From an uncultured Actinomycetota bacterium (GTDB lineage Bacteria; Actinomycetota; Actinomycetes; Mycobacteriales; Mycobacteriaceae), in the NCBI GenBank assembly GCA_963762625.1, contig CAVXLB010000001.1, forward strand, positions 2,941,392 to 2,973,391: a stretch of DNA of 32,000 nucleotides, given 5' to 3'. A program made the translations under genes and the position numbers. Shown here piece after piece: positions 7,388 through 16,068 of the stretch. The first letter of the stretch is position 1, and each line of letters begins with the position of its first letter. Under the pieces are notes generated by a model. The model did not search any database and was not told where the DNA came from. It was given only the letters and a program-made list of their open reading frames with translations.

Positions 7388-8884
7388 GTGGCCACCAAAA
7401 AACCGCAGACAATCGCTTACTCGGCACCAGGTGCACGCCCGCACCGTTACGACCATGATTCGCTCGACCCCCACGTCATCGTCCTGTTCGGCGCGACGGG
7501 GGATCTGGCCAAACGCAAGCTGATTCCCGGCCTGGCCTATTTGGTTCAGTCCGAGCTTGCGCCCGATATCCGAATCATCGCGTCGTCACTGGAAGATTTC
7601 ACCGACGACGAGTTCCGAGACCTCGCCAAGGAAGCAATCGAGTCGTTCGGCGTCCACAAGCTCACGCCCGAGCAGTGGGACGACTTCGCGAAGATCCTCA
7701 GATATGTTCCGCAGGGGTCCGGACCGGCAGCACTGGCCGCCGCGGTGGCCGAAGCCGAAATCAATCTCGGACCCAGCGTGCGCCGCCTGCATTACCTGTC
7801 GGTTCCGCCGAAAGCGGCGCGCGACGTCATCACAATGCTGCGCGAGGCCGGCCTCGTCGCGCGTGCCCGGGTGGTTATGGAGAAGCCGTTCGGCACGGAC
7901 CTGGCCAGCGCAGTGGCGCTCAACGACTACGTGCACGAAACGTTCGACGAAAAGCAGATTTTCCGTATCGACCACTTCCTGGGGAAGGAGGCGGCCCAGA
8001 ACATCCTCGCGTTCCGCTTCGCCAACGGCCTGTTCGAGCCGATCTGGAACCGCAACTTCATCGACCACATCCAGATCGACATTCCCGAAACCCTGGGTCT
8101 TGATCAGCGGGCGAACTTCTACGAAAGCACCGGCGCCTATAAAGACATGGTGGTGACGCACCTGTTCCAGGTGATGGCTTTCGTGGTGATGGAGCCGCCG
8201 ACGGCGCTCGAGCCGCGTGCCATCAGCGAAGAGAAGAACAAGGTGTTCCGGTCGATGCTGCCGGTCAAGTGTTCGGATGTGGTGCGCGGCCAGTACAGCG
8301 GATACCGCGAAGCGCCCGGAGTGGCTAAAGATTCCGACACCGAGACGTTCATCGCGCTCAAGGTCGGCATAGACAACTGGCGCTGGGCCGGCGTACCGAT
8401 CTATCTTCGCACCGGCAAGCAGATGGCCGAGGGCATCCGCGTCATCTCGATAGCGTTCAAGGAGGCTCCCCGAACCATGTTCCCGTCGGGATCGGGGGTG
8501 GGGGCCCAAGGTCCCGACCACCTCACCTTCGACCTCGCTGACAGGTCGAAGGTTTCGCTGTCTTTCTACGGCAAGCGCCCCGGTCCCGGCATGAAGCTCG
8601 ACAAGTTGTCCATGCAGTTCTCCTCGCAGGAGATCGACACCGTTGATGATGCGCTCGAGGCCTACGAACGTCTCATCCTCGATGCGATGCGCGGCGATCA
8701 CACGCTGTTCACCACCGCCGAGGGCATCGAATCGTTGTGGGAGCGTTCGGAGCAACTTCTCAACGATCCGCCGCCGGCCAAGAATTACTCGCCCGGCACC
8801 TGGGGCCCCAACGCGATTCACCAGTTGATCGCACCGAATGCGTGGCGGTTGCCGTTCGAGCGCGGGTGGCGCGAAAAACGCTAG
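7388..8884 (+). CDS. zwf: Glucose-6-phosphate 1-dehydrogenase
   Basis: LFGATGDLAKRKL is the GxxGDLA dinucleotide motif. EKPFG and RIDHFLGKE are the active-site motifs. Start is uncertain: GTG 7388 or GTG 7349. Confidence 0.9.
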   Translation: MATKKPQTIAYSAPGARPHRYDHDSLDPHVIVLFGATGDLAKRKLIPGLAYLVQSELAPDIRIIASSLEDFTDDEFRDLAKEAIESFGVHKLTPEQWDDFAKILRYVPQGSGPAALAAAVAEAEINLGPSVRRLHYLSVPPKAARDVITMLREAGLVARARVVMEKPFGTDLASAVALNDYVHETFDEKQIFRIDHFLGKEAAQNILAFRFANGLFEPIWNRNFIDHIQIDIPETLGLDQRANFYESTGAYKDMVVTHLFQVMAFVVMEPPTALEPRAISEEKNKVFRSMLPVKCSDVVRGQYSGYREAPGVAKDSDTETFIALKVGIDNWRWAGVPIYLRTGKQMAEGIRVISIAFKEAPRTMFPSGSGVGAQGPDHLTFDLADRSKVSLSFYGKRPGPGMKLDKLSMQFSSQEIDTVDDALEAYERLILDAMRGDHTLFTTAEGIESLWERSEQLLNDPPPAKNYSPGTWGPNAIHQLIAPNAWRLPFERGWREKR

Positions 8885-8886
8885 AC

Positions 8887-8901
8887 GCCGATTAAATCGG
8901 C
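8887..8901 (+). terminator. 15-bp perfect palindrome GCCGATTAAATCGGC directly after the zwf stop; possible short hairpin terminator or binding site
   Basis: Starts 3 nt after the TAG stop and is followed by CAGTTTATTC. The usable stem is only about 5 bp, so it is weak. Confidence 0.3.
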
Positions 8902-8960
8902 CAGTTTATTCAGGCGTAGGGTCAGCACGAGATTCCGGACACGCGGAGGGGCTCGTCACC

Positions 8961-9404
8961 ATGCCAAAAGACCTTGCGAAGAAAAGTGAAATCGAGCAGA
9001 TCGTGCTCGACTTTCTGCACGCCGCTTACGGCCAGCGCATGGACATCGATGCGATGACCGCGTTAATGGCGGAGGACTTTGCTTGGCAGCTGCATGTACC
9101 TCTCTCACCGGTGGTCATCGGGCGCGACGCGGCACGCGCCGAGCTCGAGAAACACAGCCAGCTCTCGACGGGCATGATCGAGGGAAGCGAAATCCGCACA
9201 GTTGTCTCGAACAGCGACACCGTGGTAGTTGAGCGCGTCGACGTGAACGCCATGGGCGGTATCACGGTCACATTCAACGTCACAGCGATCTTCGAGGTCC
9301 ACGACGGCGCGATCACCCACTGGCGTGAGTATTGGGACACCAGCCACGTTGCTCGACAACTCGGCATAGATCCGGCTCACATGTTCGATCCGCTTGCCGG
9401 GTAA
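8961..9404 (+). CDS. Limonene-1,2-epoxide hydrolase-like / SnoaL-fold protein
   Basis: The C-terminal segment FEVHDGAITHWREYWD resembles the mycobacterial LEH-family (EphG-type) segment FEVDDGRITLWRDYFD. ATG 8961 is preceded by GGAGGGG. Confidence 0.65.
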   Translation: MPKDLAKKSEIEQIVLDFLHAAYGQRMDIDAMTALMAEDFAWQLHVPLSPVVIGRDAARAELEKHSQLSTGMIEGSEIRTVVSNSDTVVVERVDVNAMGGITVTFNVTAIFEVHDGAITHWREYWDTSHVARQLGIDPAHMFDPLAG

Positions 9405-9417
9405 ACGAGATGCCGTC

Positions 9418-9843
9418 TTAGCGGTGAGCCGGGTGAGCGATCGGGTGTAGCTCCAAACGCGGGATCCCCCTGAAATCGTCCGGGTTGCATGTGTACAGCG
9501 CGATGCCGTGAGCGATCGCACTGGCAGCGATCAGGGCGTCGTAAGCGCGTGCTGCCGGTTTGCGACCGGACGCGCGTAATGCCACGGCGACCCCGCCGAA
9601 GGCTCTAGCGCAGTCGGCATCGAACGGAAGAACTTCAAAGTCGGCTTCGGCCTGCTGTAGATGTTGCTGGCGGGCGCCGCGCTCATTGTCGTCGTGGGCG
9701 ACATGCGGACCGGCGGACAGCTCTGCCAAGGTGATCGCACTGATTACCGACTCGTCGGGGAGGGCCGTCGGGTCGGTGATGTCGCCCAGCAGGATCACCG
9801 TGGAAGTGTCGAGAATTCCACGCCTTGGACCATCAGCTGTCAC
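9418..9843 (-). CDS. vapC: VapC toxin (PIN-domain ribonuclease)
   Basis: GILDTSTVI, TLAELS, YDALIAASA and CNPDDF supply the four conserved acidic PIN positions. The gene overlaps the upstream antitoxin gene by 4 nt. Confidence 0.85.
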   Translation of the reverse strand: MTADGPRRGILDTSTVILLGDITDPTALPDESVISAITLAELSAGPHVAHDDNERGARQQHLQQAEADFEVLPFDADCARAFGGVAVALRASGRKPAARAYDALIAASAIAHGIALYTCNPDDFRGIPRLELHPIAHPAHR

Positions 9844-10076
9844 AGCGATGGATCAAGCAGATCGTCAATATCGCGACGCAACGCCTCGGGATTAACCTTC
9901 GGCAGGCGTTTGCGGCGGCGAATAAGTTCGGCTGGCCCGACGCTGGGATGCGGCAGGGGGCGAAGTTCCGCCACCGGGGTGCCATCGCGGGTGACGACGA
10001 CTCGCTCGCCGCGTTCCACCCGGCGGAGTACTTCTCCCCCGCTGTTGCGCAACTCCCGGACCGTCACCGATTCCAT
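9840..10076 (-). CDS. vapB: VapB antitoxin (Phd/YefM-type)
   Basis: MESVTVRELRNSGGEVLRRVERGERVVVTRDGTPVAEL is the Phd/YefM N-terminal pattern. It shares an ATGA overlap with vapC. Confidence 0.8.
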   Translation of the reverse strand: MESVTVRELRNSGGEVLRRVERGERVVVTRDGTPVAELRPLPHPSVGPAELIRRRKRLPKVNPEALRRDIDDLLDPSL

Positions 10077-10236
10077 GCCGTCAGTGTATCACCGGTGAGA
10101 CATGCTGGATAAGATTCAGTTGATCTCGCGCAGGCGACCCGGGTGTGGGTGAGCAACGCCGCAGCGTACTCCGATGCCCGGCAGCCGAGATCTGCTGATG
10201 GAAACCACCGGAAACACCGTTGGCGAGATAGTCCCG

Positions 10237-12126
10237 TCAGATCCCCGGAATGAGATCGACGAGGTTGATGAGCGTGCCTGCGGTCGCCTCTAAGACCGGC
10301 CCGATGGCCAAGCCGAGTGCGACCGGGACCAGCGCGAGGTCGGCGGCGATGGGCTCACCTATCGCGTCGGCAATATTACCGGCTTGCAGCCCGTCCATGA
10401 ACAGACTGGCGTCGTCGCTGGGCAGGGTGGTCAGCAGCGCGTTGGCGGTGTCGGCGATTGGGCGGATAGTCGAATAGTCGTAGCGGATAGTAGCGCTGAG
10501 GTCGGTGGTGAGATCGGTGGGTGAGGACAGTAGCGTGGCATGCGAAATAGGGAAGCCGGCAAACCCGCTTAATGAGTTTTGTGCCACCCCCAACAGCGAC
10601 GGGATATTTAGCAATTCGGACAGGTTGGTGGCGTCGGTGAAACCGACGCTGTGCCCCACACCGATGAGCTGGTTCGTCAGGGGGTTGCCGAATACGGACG
10701 AAACGATGTTGTAGTTGTCCGGATTTTGTAAGTCGTTGATAGCCGCCTGGATTCCCTGCGGCACGCCGTTAACCAACGCGCTCAGGACATCGCCCGAGTT
10801 GAGGTTGGTAGGGAATAGTGCAAACGGGGTGGGCACGTTCGCCGGTCCGGGGTCCCATCCTTGGGTGATGCTGCCGTAGCCCAGGTTAACCAGCACCGAC
10901 ATGTCGGGCTGCAGGAGGTCAGCCACGGGGTTGCCGATCACGGGGATGAACCGCAGAAAGTCCAGCAACGGCAGCTTCTCCGGAATGATGTAGTAGTTGG
11001 TCAGGGTGTCGGCAGTCGAAGTCGGTAGTTGAATAGCGCCTTGAATCTGCCCAGGCTCAAGGTTGAGATAGGTGATGTGGTCAAAAAGGATGCCCGAGTA
11101 GGCGTTCAGGTCGGACAAGAAATTGATCGGGTAACGCGGAAAGTCGGCGAAGCCGTCGTATTCGTTGGTGTAAATATCAGTCGGGTACAAATTGTCCGGG
11201 GTTGCGCCGATCGACGGGATGCCCAGGCTGGGAACCGACAGGTGCAGGCCACCGGGGATGTTGAAGCGTTCGAGCATCCCCCCATTGGGGTTGTAGACGT
11301 CACCAACCAGCACGAAGTGCAGGTCGTCGCTCGGCACACCTTGGGCCGCGAGCTTAAGTTCTGTCAGCCCCGCGAAATCCGCGCTTTGCGACCAGCCGAA
11401 CACCACTATGGGGTTGGCGGCGTTGACCCCTCCCGCCGCGATGGTGCTCTGGATCGCTGCGTCGAGAATTTGTACTTCCTGTGCCATCGATGTGCCTAAC
11501 GGCAGGCTGTTGGGGCCAGTGAGCGGATAGAGCCCCTCGGGTGAATACGGGGCCTGCACCGTGCCCAGGAAGCCGCGCGGCGCAAGATACAGCCGTGCAA
11601 CGGCGTCTTGGTAGGCCTGCACAGCAAACGGGTTGCCGCTGGTGCCAAAGATCAGCGCCGTGCCATTGCCCAGCGGGGAATTCGCAGTATCAGCGCTGGC
11701 AAGCCGCACTACGCTCGCCTGAACGCCCGACGTTCCGGTGCCGAACGGCCATGCAGCTCCGCCGGTCCCGCCCCCGACCAGCGCCAGCGCGGGGGCATTG
11801 ATCAGATCACGCAGATCCTGCTGCACGTTACGCAGCGGCGAGGTATTGGCCAGCTCTGCGGCGGCATACGACCCCGCGCTCGCCGTTAGGGCCTGCAAAA
11901 ACTGTTCATGAAATGTTGCCGCCTGAGCACTCGCCGCTTGATAATCCTGGCCCAGCCCGGAAAACAGCGCCGCGATGGCACTCGACACCTCGTCCTTGGC
12001 CGCGGCCAGCACCTTCGTCGTGCGGACCGCCGCTGCCGCATCGGCCGTGTTAAGCGTGCGACCGATAACCGCGAGATCCGTTACGGCCATCTCTAGTACC
12101 GCAGGCACCGCGACCACGAACGACAT
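10237..12126 (-). CDS. PE family protein with a C-terminal PE-PPE (serine-hydrolase-like) domain
   Basis: PE domain MSFVVAVPAVL...SYAAAE carries the YxxxE ESX motif. It is followed by the linker SPLRNVQQDLRDLINAP and a hydrolase-like region with the nucleophile-elbow-like VFGWSQSADF (11383-11397). RBS is GGGAGG. Confidence 0.85.
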   Translation of the reverse strand: MSFVVAVPAVLEMAVTDLAVIGRTLNTADAAAAVRTTKVLAAAKDEVSSAIAALFSGLGQDYQAASAQAATFHEQFLQALTASAGSYAAAELANTSPLRNVQQDLRDLINAPALALVGGGTGGAAWPFGTGTSGVQASVVRLASADTANSPLGNGTALIFGTSGNPFAVQAYQDAVARLYLAPRGFLGTVQAPYSPEGLYPLTGPNSLPLGTSMAQEVQILDAAIQSTIAAGGVNAANPIVVFGWSQSADFAGLTELKLAAQGVPSDDLHFVLVGDVYNPNGGMLERFNIPGGLHLSVPSLGIPSIGATPDNLYPTDIYTNEYDGFADFPRYPINFLSDLNAYSGILFDHITYLNLEPGQIQGAIQLPTSTADTLTNYYIIPEKLPLLDFLRFIPVIGNPVADLLQPDMSVLVNLGYGSITQGWDPGPANVPTPFALFPTNLNSGDVLSALVNGVPQGIQAAINDLQNPDNYNIVSSVFGNPLTNQLIGVGHSVGFTDATNLSELLNIPSLLGVAQNSLSGFAGFPISHATLLSSPTDLTTDLSATIRYDYSTIRPIADTANALLTTLPSDDASLFMDGLQAGNIADAIGEPIAADLALVPVALGLAIGPVLEATAGTLINLVDLIPGI

Positions 12127-12250
12127 TCGACACCTCCCACTTCTTATGAGGCTAGACGGTTTTCGATGCGCTGTTCAAGATGTTGATCGCCAAGCCGCGA
12201 CGGTGCCTAAATGCAGTAGCGCGGCCGCATCCCGCATCGCGATACCGGCG

Positions 12251-12500
12251 GTCAGCCGGCTGCGACGTCAGTTAAGGGGTCTTGCGATCGAAGGTGATCT
12301 CACGCCCTCGCAGACTGCGACGGTCAATGGCCGCGATAGTGGCCACCCTCGACCAACGAGGCTTCATCGAGCGCACGCCCGGCCGTAAGACGTTAGGCGG
12401 CAAATCATCTCGGCTGGCACGAGCGATCCACGAGCGCTATTCCGAATCCGAACGTCGCACCATCCTTGAGACGCTGGCCCTTCTCGAAAGGGTTGACCCA
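12251..12500 (+). pseudogene. Degenerate MarR-family regulator remnant (frameshifted, internally deleted)
   Basis: Frame A reads VSRLRRQLRGLAIEGDLTPSQTATV. Frame B reads MAAIVATLDQRGFIERTPGRK...SESERRTILETLALLERV. Both are MarR-like pieces. They are in different frames and together are far shorter than a MarR protein. Confidence 0.5.
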
Positions 12501-12582
12501 CCCGAAAAACCGTGGAAGGGCTGTGATTGCAAAGGAATTAGCAATTCACTTCATCGATTTCCTGCCGGGTGATCCCGCGAAG

Positions 12583-12990
12583 CTAGGCGCGACACTGAGC
12601 GACGCGGCCAAGCCCGCCGAGCAAGGCGGCGCGACGCTGTTCACCCTGGCTGGCCATTTCTTCCAAATGGAAAAACTTGGACGCGCTACGCGATTCGATG
12701 TAGCCATTGTTCCACGGGGTGCCCGGCGGGATGCAGCACATTCCGACGTTGTCGTCGCAGAACCGTTGCAACGCTTGAGAAACCAACTCCGGCCCGTTGT
12801 CCGTCCGCAGCACCTTCGGCCGCTTCGAGTTCGGCGACGAGTCGCTCGGCGGTGATCGACCGCTACACCAGGGGCAGCAGCGAGACCCGGCTGCGACCGT
12901 TGACCATCGACGCGATTGTGATCGCCTTGCCATCGACGGTGGAGTCGAACTGGAAGTCGAGCGCCCATGTCAGGACCCCAAGAATTGATC
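12583..12990 (-). mobile_element. Remnant of a DDE (rve, integrase-core) transposase gene: 5'-truncated, with an in-frame TAG and a frameshift
   Basis: My translation reads WALDFQFDSTVDGKAITIASMVNGRSRVSLLPLV*RSITAERLVAELE, then shifts frame to RPKVLRTDNGPELVSQALQRFCDDNVGMCCIPPGTPWNNGYIES. The D...D(35)E spacing is visible. No terminal inverted repeats were found. Confidence 0.7.
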
Positions 12991-13116
12991 CAATCATTCA
13001 GTGGGAACGCGCCAAGAGCTACCTTGACTCACGCAAGCGACAGCAGATGGCTGGATTACCGCGGGTGGTGCCGTAATTCAATACGCGGATCAGCGATTAA
13101 AAGGGATTCCTCAAGG

Positions 13117-14434
13117 TCACGAGTAAAAGGTTTGGTCTCCGGTACCGTAGTCAATGAAGACTGGGTGCTTCAAGAAGGGCAGAGCCCCGGTATTCATCAG
13201 TCCACTGGACGCAACTGGAGAGTACGACTGGTCCAAGGTGTACGTGTAAAGCGGGGTCACAGTTGTCGGGGGCATAGACCTGAATAGTGGATCCCACTGG
13301 CGCGTTGAACGGGATGGTCCCCTGAACACCACCTGAATCGACAATCGAGGAAATGGCTTGGAGGGGACCGCCATTACCGACCTGTACGTCCAGGGTGGTA
13401 ATCGGCGCTCCGGTAAGCGTGGCTAGTGGGGGCTGTGCCTAGGTTTGTCGGTCGCGGGAACCGAACTGTAGATAAGGCGAAGCCGTGGCTTCGTTGATGA
13501 GCAGACCCTGATTGTAGGGCGACGGCAACGCCTGAAGAGGAATGCTGGGGCCCGGGCCTCCCGCATTCGGCCCAACACCCAAAACGCCAGTCACGCCGTC
13601 TTGCGCGAAAAAGGACTGGAACGTGAAGCCGTTGTTCATCGCGGACTGGATGGACGTCGGGAATGCGAAGAACTCAACGTTAACGGGGCTCCGGGCGGTG
13701 GTGAGTCCGCCCCCGAAATTCACCGGTGCGTTATACGTGGCGTAAAGATAGTCCAATCCCCCGCTGTACCCGCCAAAACCAAACCCGGTGGGTAAGCCGA
13801 GCTGAAGTACGCCTAATAGTCCCCCGACATTTTGGAACGGGAGAACAAGACCCGTGGATCCGGTGTCAACCAGCAGGGGCACCGGGGTTCCGCCGTTAAC
13901 GGAGGCGTTCACCACCGGTTCGGTGCCGCCGACGATCGTCAGCGGAGCCGTTGCTGTCCCGTTGGCAATCACGCCGCCGAGGGTCGGCGACGGCCCAGTG
14001 CTGATCAGCGCACGGCCGAACAGGATCTCGGTGGGCGCATTGATGAAGCCCACGATGCGCTGCTCGATGGCCTGCAGCGGCGAGTTCGCCGCCCCGGTGG
14101 GCGCATTGATGCCGCCCAACAGGCTCTGCTCGATGGTCTGCAACGGCGACGAGTTCGCCGCCTCGGCGGCCAGATACGACCCAGCCCCCGAGCTCAGCGC
14201 CTGCACAAACTGTTGATGAAACGCGCTGGCCTGCACGCTGAGCGCCTGATACTCCTGACCGACCCGACCAAACAGCGTCGCCAGCGCAGCCGAGACCTCA
14301 TCAGCGCCGGCAGCCGCAATCCCGGTAGTCGGAACAGCAGCCGCCAGATGCGCAGCATTCAGCGCCGAACGGATGCTCTCCAAATCCGCTGCGGCCGACT
14401 CCACCCACTCGGGAGCCACGACCAGAAATGACAC
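13117..14434 (-). pseudogene. PE-domain protein fused to a PecA-like (pepsin-type) aspartic protease, disrupted by an in-frame TAG and a 1-nt frameshift
   Basis: PE domain MSFLVVAPEW...SYLAAE. First catalytic motif LLVDTGSTG is at 13859-13867. TAG is at 13439-13441. The same frame continues ...ITTLDVQVGNGGPLQAISSIVDSGGVQGTIPF, with the second motif DSG at 13331-13339. The frame is then lost at the G5 run 13268-13272 and resumes in the 13117..13374 ORF. Confidence 0.7.
14031..14162. repeat. Imperfect tandem duplication (66-bp unit, 2 copies) inside the PE-protease linker
   Basis: GTGGGCGCATTGAT recurs at 14031 and 14097. The encoded peptide is SSPLQTIEQSLLGGINAPTG followed by ANSPLQAIEQRIVGFINAPTE. 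Confidence 0.8.
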
Positions 14435-14608
14435 GCCTCCCCCTCAGGGTCAGTCACCGATCCATGTGCGCACCAGCGTATCGTGACCCGCTCCCGCCGG
14501 CTTAATTTCCGAAGAACCGGTCCTTAGTCACCAGGTCACGCGCGTGCTGGTTGCTGCCGCCGACCGCCGCCGGCATCGCCGCCGGTCGTTGTGTGACAGC
14601 ATTCGGGG

Positions 14609-15268
14609 ATGAGTCCACGCAGCATCGCGCGCACCGTTGGTGTCTTCGTCGTGGCGATGTGGGCGCTGTTGAGCGTGCCCGTCGCCCTTCCTGCCGCGTC
14701 CGCCGACCCATGCTCCGACGTCGCGGTGACCTTCGCTCGTGGCACCCATCAGGAGCCGGGTCTCGGCAACATCGGCCAGGCATTCGTCGACTCGCTGACT
14801 TCGCAGCTTGGCGGGCGGTCCGTCGATGTCTACGCGGTGAACTACCCAGCCAACGACGATTACCACGGCAGCTCGTCGGCCGGTTCCGCAGATGCGAGCG
14901 CCCACATCCAGGACATCGTCGCCGGCTGCCCGAAGACGAAGATCGTGCTCGGTGGATATTCTCAGGGCGCGACCGTGATCGACTTGGCCACCAATGCCTT
15001 GCCCGCCCCGGTGGCCGATCATGTCGCCGCTGTCGCGTTTTTCGGTGAGCCGAACAGCGGATTCTCGAGTGCGTTGTACGGCGGCCAGCCGCTGCCGACA
15101 ATCAATCCGCTCTACAGTGGCAAAACCATCAGCTTGTGCGCTCCCGACGATCCAATCTGCTCCGGCGGCGGGAACATCATCGCGCACGTTTCATATATTG
15201 AAGCCGGGATGACAAACCAGGCCGCCACATTCGCGGTGAACAGGCTCGGTCTAGGTCCTAACGCCTAA
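14609..15268 (+). CDS. Secreted cutinase-family serine esterase
   Basis: Signal peptide, then DPCSDVAVTFARGT, nucleophile GYSQGA, and CAPDDPIC...IIAHVSY (Asp and His). Confidence 0.9.
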   Translation: MSPRSIARTVGVFVVAMWALLSVPVALPAASADPCSDVAVTFARGTHQEPGLGNIGQAFVDSLTSQLGGRSVDVYAVNYPANDDYHGSSSAGSADASAHIQDIVAGCPKTKIVLGGYSQGATVIDLATNALPAPVADHVAAVAFFGEPNSGFSSALYGGQPLPTINPLYSGKTISLCAPDDPICSGGGNIIAHVSYIEAGMTNQAATFAVNRLGLGPNA

Positions 15269-15307
15269 CGGCGGCGCACAAGGCGCGGAGGTGCTTAGGT
15301 CGGGATT

Positions 15308-15961
15308 GTGAAATCCCTGTCTAAATTCTTCCGCGACACTGTTGCGGCTCGAATTCTGGTAGTCACGGTGCTCGGGCTAGCCGTCGCTCTGGTGGTGGGT
15401 AACACGGTCGCCTGGCGATACGCCCTTGCCGGCTGGGTCGCTGGCGCCGGAATGTATGTGCTGTGGACGCGGCTCATCCTGGGCGGTATGGATGCCGAGC
15501 AAACGTGCCGATATGCGACCCGAGAGGACCCCACCCGCTGGGTCGCCGATGTGGTGATCGTGTCGGCAAGTGTCGCGAGCCTGGGCGGGGTCGGCTACGT
15601 GGTGATCGCCGGATCGGGCTCTGGCCCCGAATCCCTGCGATCCGCCGTTCTGGGCATCCTGATCGTCGTGGCCTCCTGGTTTGCGGTGCACACGCTGTAC
15701 ACCGTGCACTACGCACGGCTCTACTATTCGGACGATCCCGGCGGCATCAACTTCCACGACCCCGAGCCGCCGTGTTTTCAGGATTTCGCGTATCTGGCCT
15801 ACACCGTCGGCATGACCTACCAAGTGTCAGACACCGAGATCGGATTGAGATCCATCAGGGCGACGGTGTTGCGTCACGCGATGCTGTCTTACCTCCTCGG
15901 CGCGGTTGTCCTCGCGGTCACGATCAATCTGATCGCGGGGCTGGGTTCCAAGTTCCAATAG
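15308..15961 (+). CDS. DUF1345 family integral membrane protein
   Basis: Multi-TM protein with [14 protein letters not shown]...GINF...[19 protein letters not shown], typical of DUF1345. GTG start. Confidence 0.75.
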   Translation: MKSLSKFFRDTVAARILVVTVLGLAVALVVGNTVAWRYALAGWVAGAGMYVLWTRLILGGMDAEQTCRYATREDPTRWVADVVIVSASVASLGGVGYVVIAGSGSGPESLRSAVLGILIVVASWFAVHTLYTVHYARLYYSDDPGGINFHDPEPPCFQDFAYLAYTVGMTYQVSDTEIGLRSIRATVLRHAMLSYLLGAVVLAVTINLIAGLGSKFQ

Positions 15962-16068
15962 AACCGACGCCGAGTACCTCACGAGCGTCGACTCGGTGTG
16001 CTGTGAAGCCGAATTCAACCGCACAACTCGACGTTCGGCGCGCAGGCTGTGACGCTAGTCTGGCGGGC

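Noticed and set aside
7586-8821. 411-aa minus-strand ORF
   Set aside because: It is antisense to the G6PD gene, whose motifs are unambiguous, and is a low-complexity Arg/Gly-rich product.
12466-12855. 129-aa plus-strand ORF
   Set aside because: It is antisense to the recognisable rve transposase remnant and has no motif of its own.
14502-15187. 199-aa and 219-aa minus-strand ORFs and a 165-aa plus-strand ORF
   Set aside because: They overlap the cutinase gene, which has a signal peptide and a GYSQGA/Asp/His triad. The alternatives are Arg-rich shadow frames.
15463-16068. N-terminal 200 codons of the 384-aa ORF 15463..16617
   Set aside because: This part overlaps the DUF1345 gene out of frame and is Arg/Gly-rich. 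The thioredoxin-fold homology starts only at ATG 16069.
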